Notes under the pieces: generated by a model
What the model was told of the DNA's origin: nothing
Seen by the model: the letters and a program-made list of their open reading frames with translations, nothing else
Database searches by the model: none
Program-made: the position numbers and the translations under genes
Shown here: in pieces, positions 39,993 through 54,278 of the stretch
How the letters are laid out: the number at the start of each line of letters is the position of its first letter
Position numbering within the stretch: the stretch's first letter is position 1
Assembly: GCA_964188305.1 (NCBI GenBank)
Contig: OZ076897.1
Strand: one strand, 5' to 3'
From: Podarcis bocagei
Taxonomy: Eukaryota
DNA: 64,000 nucleotides

Positions 39993-40727
39993 TCAGCTGA
40001 CTGATCCACAGCAACAAACAATATACATGCAAAAAGCAACCAGAGAGGTAAGACTTTTCCACAATTCCCTTCCCTAAAGGATTCAGATGCACAAACCATA
40101 TCAGAAATCCATCAATGTGCTGTTTATCAATAGAAAACTCACTGTAGCAAACACACATGAAATGATAGCACAATGTCCTTTTTTCTTTATCTCTATTTTG
40201 TCCAGCAAAGCATCTACATTCACTTTAGAATCTTCTATTAATGATCCGGAAGCATTTTTTACCAGCATCTGGCTTCAGCTATTTTCCCAAGCAATATGTC
40301 TAAGCCGTCCTAGTCTAAATTAGTCCCATGCTATTTCCTTGTACAGCAAAACAGGAGAGAAAACTGGCCAAACTTTAAGATATTTCTGCATGTATGTACT
40401 TACATACTGTGTTCTCTCCCCCACTCCCCAAAACACATAGCTCAATTAAAAAAAACAAACCAAAACTCAAATACTACCAAAATAACTCTGGTCACGGCTG
40501 TTATTCACAGCTTCAAAGGCTAAAAAAATAAAGCTGAACTGGTATCATTATAAAGACAGCTTTACTCATGCTGGAAAATACTTTTTAGAGCACTGAAGAA
40601 ACCATAGCTCTGCCTGCATTTCCTCCTCAGTTGTGCTTTTATACATCTGGGTCATGTGGTCAAGAACAAATAGGTTGCATTCCCGCCCCGCCCCCCGCAA
40701 GCTGACAGGAACACTTCAACTTCTTGC

Positions 40728-40757
40728 CTGTGCAAAATTGGCAAGAGTGGTTTGCTC
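40728..40757 (-). CDS. GLCCI1: Candidate 30-nt in-frame GLCCI1 microexon with GC donor
   Basis: ttttttttcccccttcttcttctttcag|GAGCAAACCACTCTTGCCAATTTTGCACAG|gcaaga; phase 2-2; adds SKPLLPILHR. Confidence 0.45.
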
Positions 40758-40884
40758 CTGAAAGAAGAAGAAGGGGGAAAAAAAACCTCATCAGCTGGAG
40801 TAGTTTATTCATCTGCAGTTGAAAAGGTCCAGTAAAAAGGTTTCCTGCATTTGCAGATCCAGCTGATATAAAAGGCATTACTTA

Positions 40885-41028
<144 letters not shown>

Positions 41029-44000
41029 TTACTAGGGATTGAGAGTGCTTTTTAATTAAATTTGATTTCCAAACACGATGGCTTTTGCACAACTTCACTG
41101 CTAATGCCAGTTTGTTTCAAGTCACAAAGCTTCTTTTATTGCAGGCTATATCCAACACTCTGGTAGAGCACATTTCTCCTGAATAAAAGCTTTAGAGGAG
41201 CAGTAATCTACCATACAGCAGCACATAATGGGAGGATATTTTTATCCAGAATGTTACAGACTGAATAAAGCAGAGCTGTAATCCTGGAAACAAATAAGTT
41301 CTTTATTATGCATTTCAAAAATGTAAATGATCAGGGCAACATGTACAGCATATGCAAAGAAGGGCAAGTGGTTAATGATAACGTAAAGTTCCGTTGTGTC
41401 TTGTTAAAGCATAAACACAGTAACTGGAAAGTGCTCGTAAGCAGCTTTTGAAATATGAAGCCATTAGAAATATTGTCCACAGTAATGTCACCCACAGAAA
41501 AGACCAAAAAGGAAACAAAACCAAGGGCATATATAATGCAGATGCTGATCTTCAATCTGCTGTGTATGTGAGCTTTGGAACACAGGAAAGGGCTATTCAT
41601 TCTCTGCATCCCTGCTTTTCATGGCTGACACATTGGTACAGCTGTTCCTGGTAACCCTTCTTTCAACCTTGGAATACCATTTATCACAACAGCAGAAACC
41701 TACAAAGAGCTCGGGCACCATTCTACCTCCTAAAATTCACCACTGGACTTACATGAGACAAGCTGGACAGCAGCCCTACATTCCTAGCTGTCCTGCATAT
41801 GTTTCTTTTTCAGACAATGGCCTAAAACATTTACACTTTTAAGATCAAAAGGCTGAAACAGGCACCTCTCAGAGCCTTTTTACTTTTTTCCGTATCTTGT
41901 GGTTGTAAGTCCTGAACTCACCAAATGCTCAAATTTGTTCATACACTGTAGTAATGGAACAGGGCTTTTTTTTTTAACTTAAAAAAAAGGAGTTGCGAAG
42001 GAGTAGGCAACACTTAGCCTACTATTATATATAAATTATAAAATTATTATAAAGCTGAGGACTCATGATTTATTATTTAAAACACATTCTGTAACCCCCT
42101 AAGTCAACAAAGCTCTCAGAGAGGCTTGCAACAACCCCCAGTTAAGACAATCCCTGCCCTAAGGCTTACAATCTAAAGAGACACACAAGGCAAGAGGGAG
42201 GGGGTTATAGTTCTTATGACTAGTTGTATACCGCTTTGGGAGTGTTTCTTTTTTCCCTACAGATAAGCGGTATATAAAATTTCTTAAATAAATAATACTT
42301 GTGATGGGGACTTTCCAGGTATCCTGATGGCTGCTAGGTGAGAAAGGGCTGTAGAGATTGATCGCTTTCTCATCCTAGGATACATGGCCACGTAAACAAC
42401 ATTAATACTATCTAGGGCGATACTGCATTCCCTCTATGGAACTATTAGTATTCTAAAACAAGTCGGAGTGTGAGGAACTGCCAACAACAACTTTCTAAAG
42501 TTCTCTGAGAGCTAGTAGTAAAAGCCATAAAAGGAGAAACACAAGTTCTAACCATTGTTGTTGTTTTTTGAAAAGTTGAGTGTCATTTCTTTTGCTGTTT
42601 TCCTTTCCCCCCTTAAATGTCTTCCTCTGTGGTTTCGAAATCAAAGTTTGCTCTGAATAGACCCACAAAAATACCAGAATTGGATGGTTCACTGGAATTT
42701 GCTGGTAATAACTTTTTACCTATACAGCTCAATTAAATCATTCTAACATAATCCAGTGACCAATTACACTGGGTAAAGACTATGAAATGCCTACGGGCTC
42801 ATTTCTATATCCTTCCGTTCCCTAACCATATATAGCACACAAACTTCCCTCCTTTCTTTCCTGTGTGTATTCAACCCTGTATGTTCCCTTGAAGTATTCA
42901 AAATTTAATTTTTCACATAATGCTAGTCCTAAAAAACTAACCCTGGAGGAACCACAGAGTAGTGAGCAAAGTCTTCAGTAACTTGAGAGGCGCTGTGCTC
43001 AACAGATGGCTAGCAAACAGTGTCAAAGGCTGGTTGTTTTTTAATTTTTACTTATCAGAAGTGAAATTTAATTTAAAAATTCAGAAAGTAAAGGCTGAAA
43101 ACCAGTATCTTTCTTTGTGGAGCAAGGTCTCAAAACTGAACCCTCCAGCTGTAAATAGCACATGGGGTCACCAAACTGAATTCTAATCACTGGCACCCTG
43201 TGGAGCTGGCACTTCTAATGCAATAAAACTGCTTCTAATCACACGGCGGGCTGGGCCCTTCCTCACCTCCCCTTCTCCACACACACAACAGGTGCCATTA
43301 ACATTTTCTCCACCCCCTGCTGTGCAAGATCACTCTCCCATCCCCAAGCAGACCATGGGTTCCCTTTGCAGACTTTATGTTCATTTTCTTTTGAAAATTT
43401 CAACCTCTTTAAGCAGCTCTTTATAGAAATGTAAAGTAAACAGCTGATCTGATCCAAAGAGCGGCAGTGGAGCCTGTGGTCAAAGCGCAGACTTAGACAG
43501 AAAAGAAAAGATGCTTTAGAAATGTAAAGCAGGTCTGTGTCTGGCCAGCAGGTTAGCTCTCCCCATGCTTGATCAATTATTAACTTCCATTTTTTATTCA
43601 GAAACACAGTCAGGTCCAGCTTAAAGCTGATTTACGACTGAAAAGTATAATGGGAATTTAGCTGGAGAAGAAAACAAGCCCTACGACAGGGAACAACAGA
43701 GCACGGAACCTTTGGGCATTATTTTAAATGCCTTTTTAGCATAAGACATTCAAACTTGAAATGGTCTCCTTCCAAAACACTGATACAGTACATTAATCAA
43801 CTGCTTAGGTTGAACCATCACAGAAGAGGCCTAAAATTAGAGGTGCCAGATGGCTTGAAGAGAGATTAAACCGCCAAAGGTGGGATTCACATCAGAAGTT
43901 TGGGGACTTCAACTCTAGAACGCGAAGTGGGGGAAATATTCAACAATAAAAGGAATTGCCAGCTCTGTTCTGCAAACATGTTGTGAACTACCACTAAATG

Positions 44001-45169
44001 TGGTACCAAAGATGCTTTTCCAGTACAGTAGGCCAGGATCAAATTATAATCACTAGCAATGATTAGTCTGGCTTTCTTCCTAATAAAAAAGTATTTTAAA
44101 ACATGCATTTCTGATAACCAATATTATAATGGGATTGTGTACTCCAATACACATTTCTGTAGCTTCATAACAGACAGTACAATGCCAACCTAGATCAATC
44201 TACTTTAGTAATTTCCCCATGTTTCTATAAAGTTACGAATTCTGCATATGTGGTACAAATACCTATGACTGAATAAACAAACTTGGCAACTGTTTTCCAC
44301 AACTGAAAGATTGCCAGTGTTGGTGGCCTGATAGAATAGGTTAGGTAGGAAAGGTGTAACAATTGACATCCTCCCACCACCTTAATTAAAACAGAGCCAG
44401 TGATTTTCAACAGTTGAAACAAAGCAGAAAGTACAGTTGGCCATACTTCTTTAACTATTGTTCAGAGATTTAAGAACACTTCATCCAGAAATCTTCCTGG
44501 AGCTAGCGCATACTGTCTGGGTTGATATCAACAAGCTTTCTTTTCTGAAAAAATAGATTATCTGTTTAAGTTAACAGGAAAACGTAGTGTTCTGCAGTAC
44601 CTTGTCTACATTTAGCAATATCACAATGCATTGGGGGGGAAATCACACATGGTCTAGCATACAAACCAAAATAATTATTTTATTCAATGCTCCGTTATTT
44701 TTCTGTACTCAATTAAGCACACAACACAGTTGATGGGGCAAATGTACATTTTAAGGGACCACTGAACTAGTGAGCAATTTGCACAGCCTTTTATCAAACT
44801 GTGCCTTGTTCCAGAGGTACCTGCTAACAGGTAACCATCTGTGAAAATAAGTATCAGATTCATCCTAAGGTAGCATGTACAGCAATTAAAGTTGTAACCA
44901 CATCAGAAACTGGCTAACCCAAAAATACAGATCCCCAATGATCTAAACTGGGACCAGTGCAAATCATCTGGAGTGAGAGGTGAGGAAGGAGGTAGCTCAG
45001 TTAGTGGGCAATAACCAATTATTCAAGGTGGGGAGAACAAAAGAGGGGTGCCGAAAGCTCAAAAATGAACTCTCCAAACTCGCTGATTGGGCATAAAAAT
45101 GGTGAATGGAGTTGAATGTTAGCGTAAAATGAAACACATCCGGACAAAACATCCTAATTTCACATACAT

Positions 45170-45703
45170 CCTGATGCAGTTTGAGCTGGTGGTGACTGGC
45201 CAGGAAAAGGATCTTGAGTTCATGGTGTATTTTTTATTTATTTATTTATTATTATTATTGCACAATTCTGGTCATCACACTTCAGAAAGGACATTGGAGA
45301 GAGAGGCAAAGGGTAACCAAAATTGTCAGTTCTATACGAGGAAATGTTGCAGCTTTTCCGTTATCAGGACAAAGAGAAGTACTTTTTCACCTAATAGTTG
45401 AACCATGGAATTTGCTACTGCAAGTTGTGGAGATAGCCACCAACACGCAGCTTTAAAAGGGGATGAGACAAATGCATGGAGGGTAAGGTGATGGCCACTA
45501 GTTATGATGAGTATATGCTACCTCCAAGAACAGAAACACCATGCCTCTGAATACCAGTTGCTATGGAACAAACAGGGGTGTGCTATTGTGTTAATGTGGT
45601 GTTTATGGGCTACCCATAGGTATCTGGTAGGCTGCTGTGGGAAATAGCAGACTGGACTAGACAGGCTTCTGTTCTGATCCAACACTGCTGTTCATATGCT
45701 CTT
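45170..45703 (+). mobile_element. Old CR1 LINE 3' part
   Basis: gactggccaggaaaaggatcttg...tcaggacaaagagaagtactttt...gctttaaaaggggatgagacaaatgcatggaggg...ggactagacaggcttctgttctgatcc. Confidence 0.7.
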
Positions 45704-46629
45704 AAAACTGTTCTTAAAACTGTTGATGCAATCAGCCATTATCAGATAACCCAAGATAATGATAATGGTGGCAGCTCTGCCTACCGAAGAGAGAGTTTTG
45801 TGAATCCTTCAAGACTTCTCTCTCTCTCTCTTTTAGGAAGAGGAGATGTGAATGCTACTTTTCAGGCATTCTGCTCTAGTGCATTCCCAAAGCTGGATCT
45901 GTGCAGGTGTAGATACCATGAAGAACCGTGACCTTCAATCGAATGCACTTATCACATCAACTCCAAAAGAACTCTTATCTGTGTTCACCATTTCAGACGC
46001 CATTAAGAGAAGCCCTCTCTGTAAAACCAAGTGCTGACATTGCTGAAACATATCTTAATGGCCACAGGCAAAATGCACAGACATGGACTTAAAGTTCTGC
46101 AGAATATTATCCCCCCCCCCCCCCAACTAACAAATGTTAATCATTCAACAAGCATTTGAATGAGGTCTGTGAGCATGAAACTAAGGAAACTGGAATTTTC
46201 TAGAGGTGATTTAGCCTAGTACCTCTGGGTTTGGTGGGCTGAATACTTGAGTTTTAGCTATATAAAAGGCAACATCGAATTTGGAAAAAGGGCTGGGGTA
46301 TGTAAGATCTGTGGTGGCAAAGCGCTAATATAATGTAGGAAGCATGGTGCCCTCCACATTTCTTTTTACTACAATTGCCGTCATCCCTGATCATTGGCCA
46401 TGCTGGCTGGGGCTGATGGGAGCTGTAGTCCAAAACACAGAGAGGATATCTCGTTGGCTAACCCAATTTCTAGTATGTGAAAGTGACAATAACGGACTTT
46501 TTGTTTGTTTGTTTCCTTTGAATACCAGTTGAAAGGATGGTTGACCATCGAAAAATTTACTGGTTGTTAGTGTCTAGACTGGGTGCTTAGATGTAGATAG
46601 CTTATATATTATAGACTGTTTATCTATTG

Positions 46630-46695
46630 CCTGGCGTGCTCTGGTCCATGGGCTCACGAAGTCGGACACGACTAAATGACTAAACAACAACAACA
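46630..46695 (+). mobile_element. BovB-type 3' end (severely 5'-truncated) with (CAA)n tail
   Basis: gtccatgggctcacgaagtcggacacgactaaatgactaaacaacaacaaca; 8-bp TSD ATCTATTG at 46622-46629 and 46696-46703. Confidence 0.85.
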
Positions 46696-47422
46696 ATCTA
46701 TTGTTTTGTTTTTTATCTGTCCTTGTTTTATTGTATGAGTATTTGTGAATGTCTGGTAGTTTTACATTATTTTATTGCTCCTAGTATTGATTGTTCATGA
46801 TGAAGGGTGGGATAGAATATTTTTATTTTATTTTAATTAAAATTCAAAGTGAGATCATGATCTTTACTTAGTTTACCATGAAGCATATATCCAAAAGGCA
46901 GGCCAGATTATAAATCTCTCCTCCAGAAGTTTTTGGACTTTAATTCCCATCAGCTCCAACTAACAGTCAATGGTCATGGATAATGGGAATTGTAGTCCCA
47001 AGATCTGGAGGACACCTTCTGTAAGTCACAATCCCTAGGCCTTTTTTTGGTTTTTTGGCATTTCAAGAATGTCTTGCCTTTTTGTGGAAAAATATTCTAT
47101 GTCTGGCTTCAACTGAGTAAAGAAACTAGACCCAAGATAGCAAAATCACATGTTGGGGTTGAGGAAGTGTCCATGCATTGTAATCCTCATGAAAGAGAGA
47201 AAATGGCAGGGCTACAAATGGGAAAGAAAGTTAAAGAAAGAAAAACATGAGGCATGTGAGGAAATGCTTTAATTGTAAATGATGTGCACGAATATGAAAA
47301 AATAAAGGCAGGATGTGGCCAGAAAACAGAAACAGAAATTAGCATGGAAGATGGAAAACAAAAGAGGAAAGAGCTGGAGCACTCTAAAAATAATTGGGGA
47401 AAAGATGGAAAATACAAGGCGT

Positions 47423-47458
47423 TTTTGTTTGTTTGTTTGTTTGTTTGTTTGTTTGTTT
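47423..47458. repeat. (TTTG)n microsatellite
   Basis: About 8-9 TTTG units. Confidence 0.95.
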
Positions 47459-48662
47459 ACAATACTTAAATGGAGAACTCCCCTTCTGCTGTTTTTAAAA
47501 TCTGTATACCGGGAGACTTCATTATTTTATTCTTAATTTAAAACAGCTCACATTGACCAGGAGGCCTACAACTAGTGTTAAAAACATGCACGTATTCAAT
47601 CCTACAAACCTACATTCATTCCACAAACCAAGCAAACTAATGATCCCAAGGCATGGTCTGAAAGCACATGGTACATCAACTTTTCTGAGACTAAGCAGCC
47701 AGGAGCCTGGTCAGTGTGCAGATGGAAAACCAGCTGGAAATGTCCCACGTGTCCTTCAGCTCCATGGAGGAAAAGGGGTATATAAGAGAAACAGACACAT
47801 GTATTTGCAGATTGTGCATAATCTGTTCTACTCCTGATAGTTATAAAGTGAACCAAGCACCTTTGCAGAAAACTGAAACCACTCCCCACTCCTTGTGGTT
47901 TCTGCACTGTCACCAAGCATCGGCCATATGCTTCTAAGCTTCTGTTTGCAGCCATTAAGGGCTATAACTGTAGATCTAAAAAAGGAGACCGAAAACCAAG
48001 AATCTAATCATGCTGAATTCTGGGTTCACCACCAACCCTTATGCTTGAGTAGAATTGCAAAATTCAAAAAACCATTGACTTTGCCAAAAACTGAGAACGC
48101 TGCCAGACTTTTAAGGCTGCAAAATCCTATATTCACTTTTCTAGGAATCAATTACTATTAGACTCAGTGGGGCTTACTTTGAGTAGACATGCATAGGATT
48201 ACTCTGTTAAATACATACAGTGAAACATGACCAGCATTGATTTCATTCCCACAAGTCATTCTGTTGCCATAGTATTTTGTACACTAGACTCAAATATATT
48301 ATTGTCTTCCTAATTTACCCTTTAAATGACCAATAAAAGTGATACCGCAACCACAAACTCTGGATTCACTCATTTCACCAATAATTCTCACACTATTTTA
48401 TAAAATATTCACTTCATGCTTTTCCTTAACTTTTCATACTATAGCTTTCATAAAGAGTTAAGCTCATTTGCTGTGTCCTTCTGACATTTATGGAAGATGT
48501 TTGTGAAACTGCACAAACAAAAGGGAAAACAAATGTAAACAAGCAAAAACAATTATGAGCAGTCTTCAGTTCACACCAACACGACAAAATAAAATGAAAT
48601 CAAAAATCTGATTTAAGCACAATGACAGTACAGCAGAACAAAAGCAAGCCATGAACCAATTA

Positions 48663-49031
<369 letters not shown>

Positions 49032-49239
49032 TTACAAAAGGAGGCAAGTGACACAATGGCATGCTGTTCATCAACTCATTTAGTGCAAGAGACTGCATGA
49101 AAATTCTAGTCACTTGAACGTGCAGCTATATCCTTAAATAAACATCAAGGCTAGATACACTTCAGCCGTTAGGCCACATGCTGATATTTATGCTTACTAA
49201 ACAAATGGTTCAGCATTATTTAATAGTAACTATATTAAA

Positions 49240-49425
49240 GGGACGCGGGTGGCGCTGTCATCCAAACCATGGAGCCTAGGGCTTGCCGATCAGAAGGTCA
49301 GCGGTTCGAATCCCTGTTGCTCAGTCCCTGCTCCTGCCAACCTAGCAATTCGAAAGCATGTCAAAGTGCAAGTAGATAAATAGGAACGTGACTGGACGTA
49401 ATGGCCAGGGGTCCCTTTACATTTT
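49240..49425 (+). mobile_element. Sauria SINE, internally deleted short form
   Basis: Same 5' head and 3' end as 33070-33431 but ~175 nt shorter; TSD TATATTAAA at 49231-49239 and 49426-49434. Confidence 0.9.
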
Positions 49426-50594
49426 TATATTAAAGGAAACAAGAACAAGACATTTTGCAATTTCAAAAGAGACAGGAAATGTCACACAGCTTAGGACTAT
49501 CCCTATTACAATTAAAGACAATAACCCCCCCCCCCAACAACATCAAGAGAGGAAAAACCCCACAAACACTAATTTTAAAGCACAGTCCCCTGGGATCTTG
49601 TCATAAAGGGCAGGCAACAGTAATTTAAGGGGTCAACTCAGACTTCATTTTTTCCATGAACTAGTTTCTCTTTTCTTAAGGAGAGTTTATTATTGCTTTC
49701 AGGGTAGAGAGAGTTGAAAGAAAGCAGTGAAGCTCTTCCATGTTTTCTACAAAACAGTTTTGCAGTCTTTTTTTCCTTATAACTTACATTTTCACTGGGA
49801 ATCTTTCTAAAAAGAAATATCAAACTTTATGATGGTCTCACCGTAGACATGTCATTCATTAGAAGTGAATTACTGACAGCCTATTCATACCACTGTTCAG
49901 CTACCATCTCATCAGCCTTGATTAACATAGCAAGTAATTCTTTCAAACACAGTAAATAAGTTGTTAAAAAAGAAGTACACAGATTAAATTGTGATTTGAA
50001 AAGTTAGAGGCATCACACTTCAAAGAAAATACTGACAAAAGAGAAGAGTGATGCAAAGATACCGACTTTGCTTTAAGATCACAGCAATTTTTGCTTTCCT
50101 GGAAAGCTGTAATGAAGAAAATTATAATACACTGATGTGCACTCCCTTTGAGAGAAACACAAAAGGCTTAAGTTCCAGAAAGTAAGATTTAGCTTAGGTA
50201 ATGCCTTCTTGTTCAACATCCTGTAAGTGTTTGAGAAATTACTCTAGCGTTACAGAACACTATTTTCACTTCATTTTTTCTGGGCTTTCCAATTCTTCAA
50301 GGCATTTCATTTTTGGCTGATTTAGAAACAAAGACTGAAGTTTTTCCACTAAGTACTTTTCCCTCAAAAGCTTTTAAATGGCATCAACAAATGTATAAAA
50401 ATAGCTTTGTCTTGCTGTCAAATAAGCAATGTTTCAAGAAGGCTTTCCATTTGTAACACTTAAAGCCTGATCCTCTGAGCGCACATGAACTGCAGCAGCA
50501 GACATGCCAGAAGGGGCTCTGCAGGGTGATAGCAACATGCCACCCCAAACCATTTTCTTCAGGGGTCTTTCCGATCTAAAGGTACTTTTAGAAC

Positions 50595-50920
50595 CATGCG
50601 TCTCCTCTATGAGAGGTTGGGAGGGTAGCAACACAAGAACGGGCCTTTTCTGCAGTGGCTCCCTGCTTATGGAATGCTCTCCCCAGGGAGGTTTGCCTGG
50701 CGCCTTCATTATACACCTGTAGGTGCCAGACGAAAAAGTTCCTCTTCAACAAGGCCTTTGGCTTATTAACAGTCTATGTCCTTTTAAATGTGTTTGGGGG
50801 GGAGGTCAATGGTTTGGTTTGGTTTTTATTATGTATTTTGTATCTTATCTTACATTTTTATGCTGTGAACCACCCTGTGATCTACTGATGAAGGGCAGTA
50901 TACAAATTTAATAAATAATT
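50595..50920 (+). mobile_element. L2 LINE 3' end
   Basis: gggccttttctgcagtggctccc...tggaatgctctcccc...aggcctttgg...tgtgaaccaccctg...gaagggcagtatacaaatttaataaata. Confidence 0.8.
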
Positions 50921-52562
50921 ATTTTTTAAAAAATATATTAAAAAACTGAAACATAAAGGAGCTGCAGCAGCTCTCTCATTTTCATTTCCTCCATCAGCAC
51001 CAGCTGGCACCAGTGTGCTATACCAGGGAAAGTTTCATGCATCCCAGAGAGGTAGTGTTGATATCTTCTCCCAAGCTGGCAAACTGACACAAAGCCAAGC
51101 CACCTATGAGAGCATGCTAGAAGAAAAGGTCTGAGTTAACTAATGTTATGGTTTGCTGTGTTTGTGTCTCCATCAGACATGTATATATTTGTACATATAT
51201 GCCTATCTTTGTCTCAATCATAATGCGTAACAAAAGCAACAGAACCAAAATTTTAAAAACTGTAAGCCTATGAAACTAACTACTTTGCAGTTATGTGGCT
51301 TGCTGTCCTACTTAAAATATAAGTTACTTCAGAACCTCCTTTCAATTTAGGGTAGCAAAATCCCAGAAACCTATATAAAAACACCTGTGCCATTCAGCAT
51401 TTTCTGCATTCTTTTCTGCATTCTGCTGGATGCTTACTAATGGAATAACAATTATGCCTGTGAAGAGAGCATACTGTGATGTCAGCAATAGCTAATGATC
51501 TCTCAGTAACTCTCATGAGAGCATGGGACACGAAGCTTTGAGCTTATTAAAGCCTATGACCTAAAATGAGGCATGAATTTCTGTTATTGGGCAGATCAAA
51601 TTATACTAAGTGCCAATTATTCAGCAGGCATATTTTCAAGCGTCTAAAAAGCACATTATGAAATGTAGTAGTTGATGAAGAAATATAAAGCAATATAGTA
51701 CATGTAAGCCCTGTCTGGGCAGTAGCCTTCATCCAACACAGAAATTATTTGCATATATGGAGTACTGAATATATTGACATATGAACTCTCGCCTACACCC
51801 CCCCACATACACCTGTAAATGTGCATACTTTTCTAAAATATAGTTTCTTCAGTTGTGACTTCTCTGCTGTAATTCTGGAGATAACAAGAGAAATATTGGA
51901 TCTAGTTGTAACTTTGGAAAGGGGATTCTTTTCAGCTCAGTATTGCCTCTCATCAGAAGCCCTGGCAAAAATCCAGCAAATCACTTAAAACTTTGAGGAG
52001 TCCTAATGAAATCAACATAGTTCCTCCTCATTGTACTGCTTGATCAGAGCATAAGGGCTCAGAGACCTAAACCTTGAACAGCCAGCAATAAATGTTTAAG
52101 AGGACAAGTATGTCCATTTTATTTTTCACTTTAATTTTGGGAGGTATTATTGCCACAATGACAATGACACTGTAATATAAATTGTGGGGAAATGGTGTAA
52201 AAAGCAGTATTTAGGAGATTTCAGCTGTTAAAACTGTAACCACTCTGAGTGTTTTAAGATCAGTTCTTGCACTGTTTTATTCAAATTACTAACCTCTAAA
52301 AATACCGATCACACAAGATGCCTGGATTACTTTGCCACCACCATCATTGTAGTTAAATGCAGTAGTATATATTTAGGGTTTTTTTGCCACCTTACACTAC
52401 CAGGTTCTTTGTAAAACTGAAACTAACTATATTAGTTGCTTATATGAATACATGCAGAGTATTTATGCTCTCAGAGATTAGTTCAGTCATTTTGCACAGA
52501 TTCACACATTTCTACATTCAATTTCTATATTATGCAGCTTAAAGTAACCATGCTTAGCATCA

Positions 52563-52802
<240 letters not shown>

Positions 52803-53172
52803 TCATCTGAAGGTAGAGAAATATTAAAGAGCTATGCATCTTAGATTTCTGATGAAAAGGAAGAAAAGTTTACATCCCTACTTTTATAGAGCTTTACCTG
52901 CTCAGTACTATGCTTATCAAAGTGATCAGTGTACTGGATCAAGAAAAAAGACATAATACTTGCAAGGAACACTGTGACATCCATGACATCAGAAAACCAA
53001 ACACATTAAACAAATCCAGCGGTATATGCTAACAGCCAAATGTGCAGCCACTGCACCAAAGGTATCGGAGTGTATGGTAGTAAAGGGTATTTTTCACCCC
53101 ACATCCGAAAGGGCTGAATAAACACAGACCTCTAACGAGTTACATGGTACTTATCAGGAGTCTTTGTTAGAG

Positions 53173-53482
53173 CAGAGGTTCTCAATCTGTGGTTCACTGA
53201 TTACTGGTGGTCTGTGAGCTCCATTCAGGTGGTCTGCAGAATGGTTGTGAACCAGTCAAGACTATCTGTACTTGACCCTGCAGTTAATTACTACCCCCCA
53301 CCCCCAGACAATGGAAAATACGGGCATTCTGACCAGCACCAGATTACTGAACTGGTTAACAAGGCCCTAGGGCCTGTGCTGAAGAGAAATACTGAAGTGG
53401 ACTGCTGAGGACCACCCCCACCCCCACCCCCCCAGCAATTTTCAAGTGGTCCATGGGGGAGGGGGATGTTTGGGAACCACTG
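53173..53482. mobile_element. hAT (Charlie/MER5-like) non-autonomous element
   Basis: TIRs cagaggttctcaa / tttgggaaccactg; TSD degenerate. Confidence 0.65.
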
Positions 53483-54098
53483 CACCGGAGGTTTTATATC
53501 CTGTTCTAAAAATGATTGCAGATAAATGTGAATAATGAGTACTGAAAAAGGGCACAATTGGTTTAAAATATTGCTGAATCTTTCTTAATGCTGTATATAG
53601 TCATTTGGTGCGCAAACACTTTTTAAATCCTTAAAACAAGGGTTTCTAGCAAGGTGGCTGTGACTAGTAAGATGGTTCAAGTATCCTGCTTCAGTGGGAG
53701 TAAAATGACAAAGATAAACAGGACCTCCTTGGTCAGCAGGACAGAATAACCAGGTGGTGATATATTAGCATTTTTAAAACATCACAAGTCCACAGGAGGA
53801 CAGCAAGGTCAAATAACTGTGACTATAAATAATATAAATGGTTGTTGCTGCTGAGAAAGTGGCACTCCTTGACTGCCTTTAGTGAGTAATTTGGATGCCA
53901 GGATTCAAACCTAACCCTTGTTTCTGGTCAACTCAATGCTGCGAATTTATTATTTTTAAACAGGAGAGTTCTCCCCAACTTTTCCAGGCTTGTTAAACAA
54001 CCTGTCACTAATTTTTCCTGCATGAATTAAAACTGGTATAAAATCGTCCTTATAATTCATAACTATGGAATCCATTTTAAACTGTAGACAGAAATTCA

Positions 54099-54278
<180 letters not shown>

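Noticed and set aside
40804-40809. Intronic AATAAA on the minus strand below the penultimate GLCCI1 exon
   Set aside because: Very close to a strong 5' splice site and upstream of a branch/acceptor region; a single hexamer is insufficient evidence.
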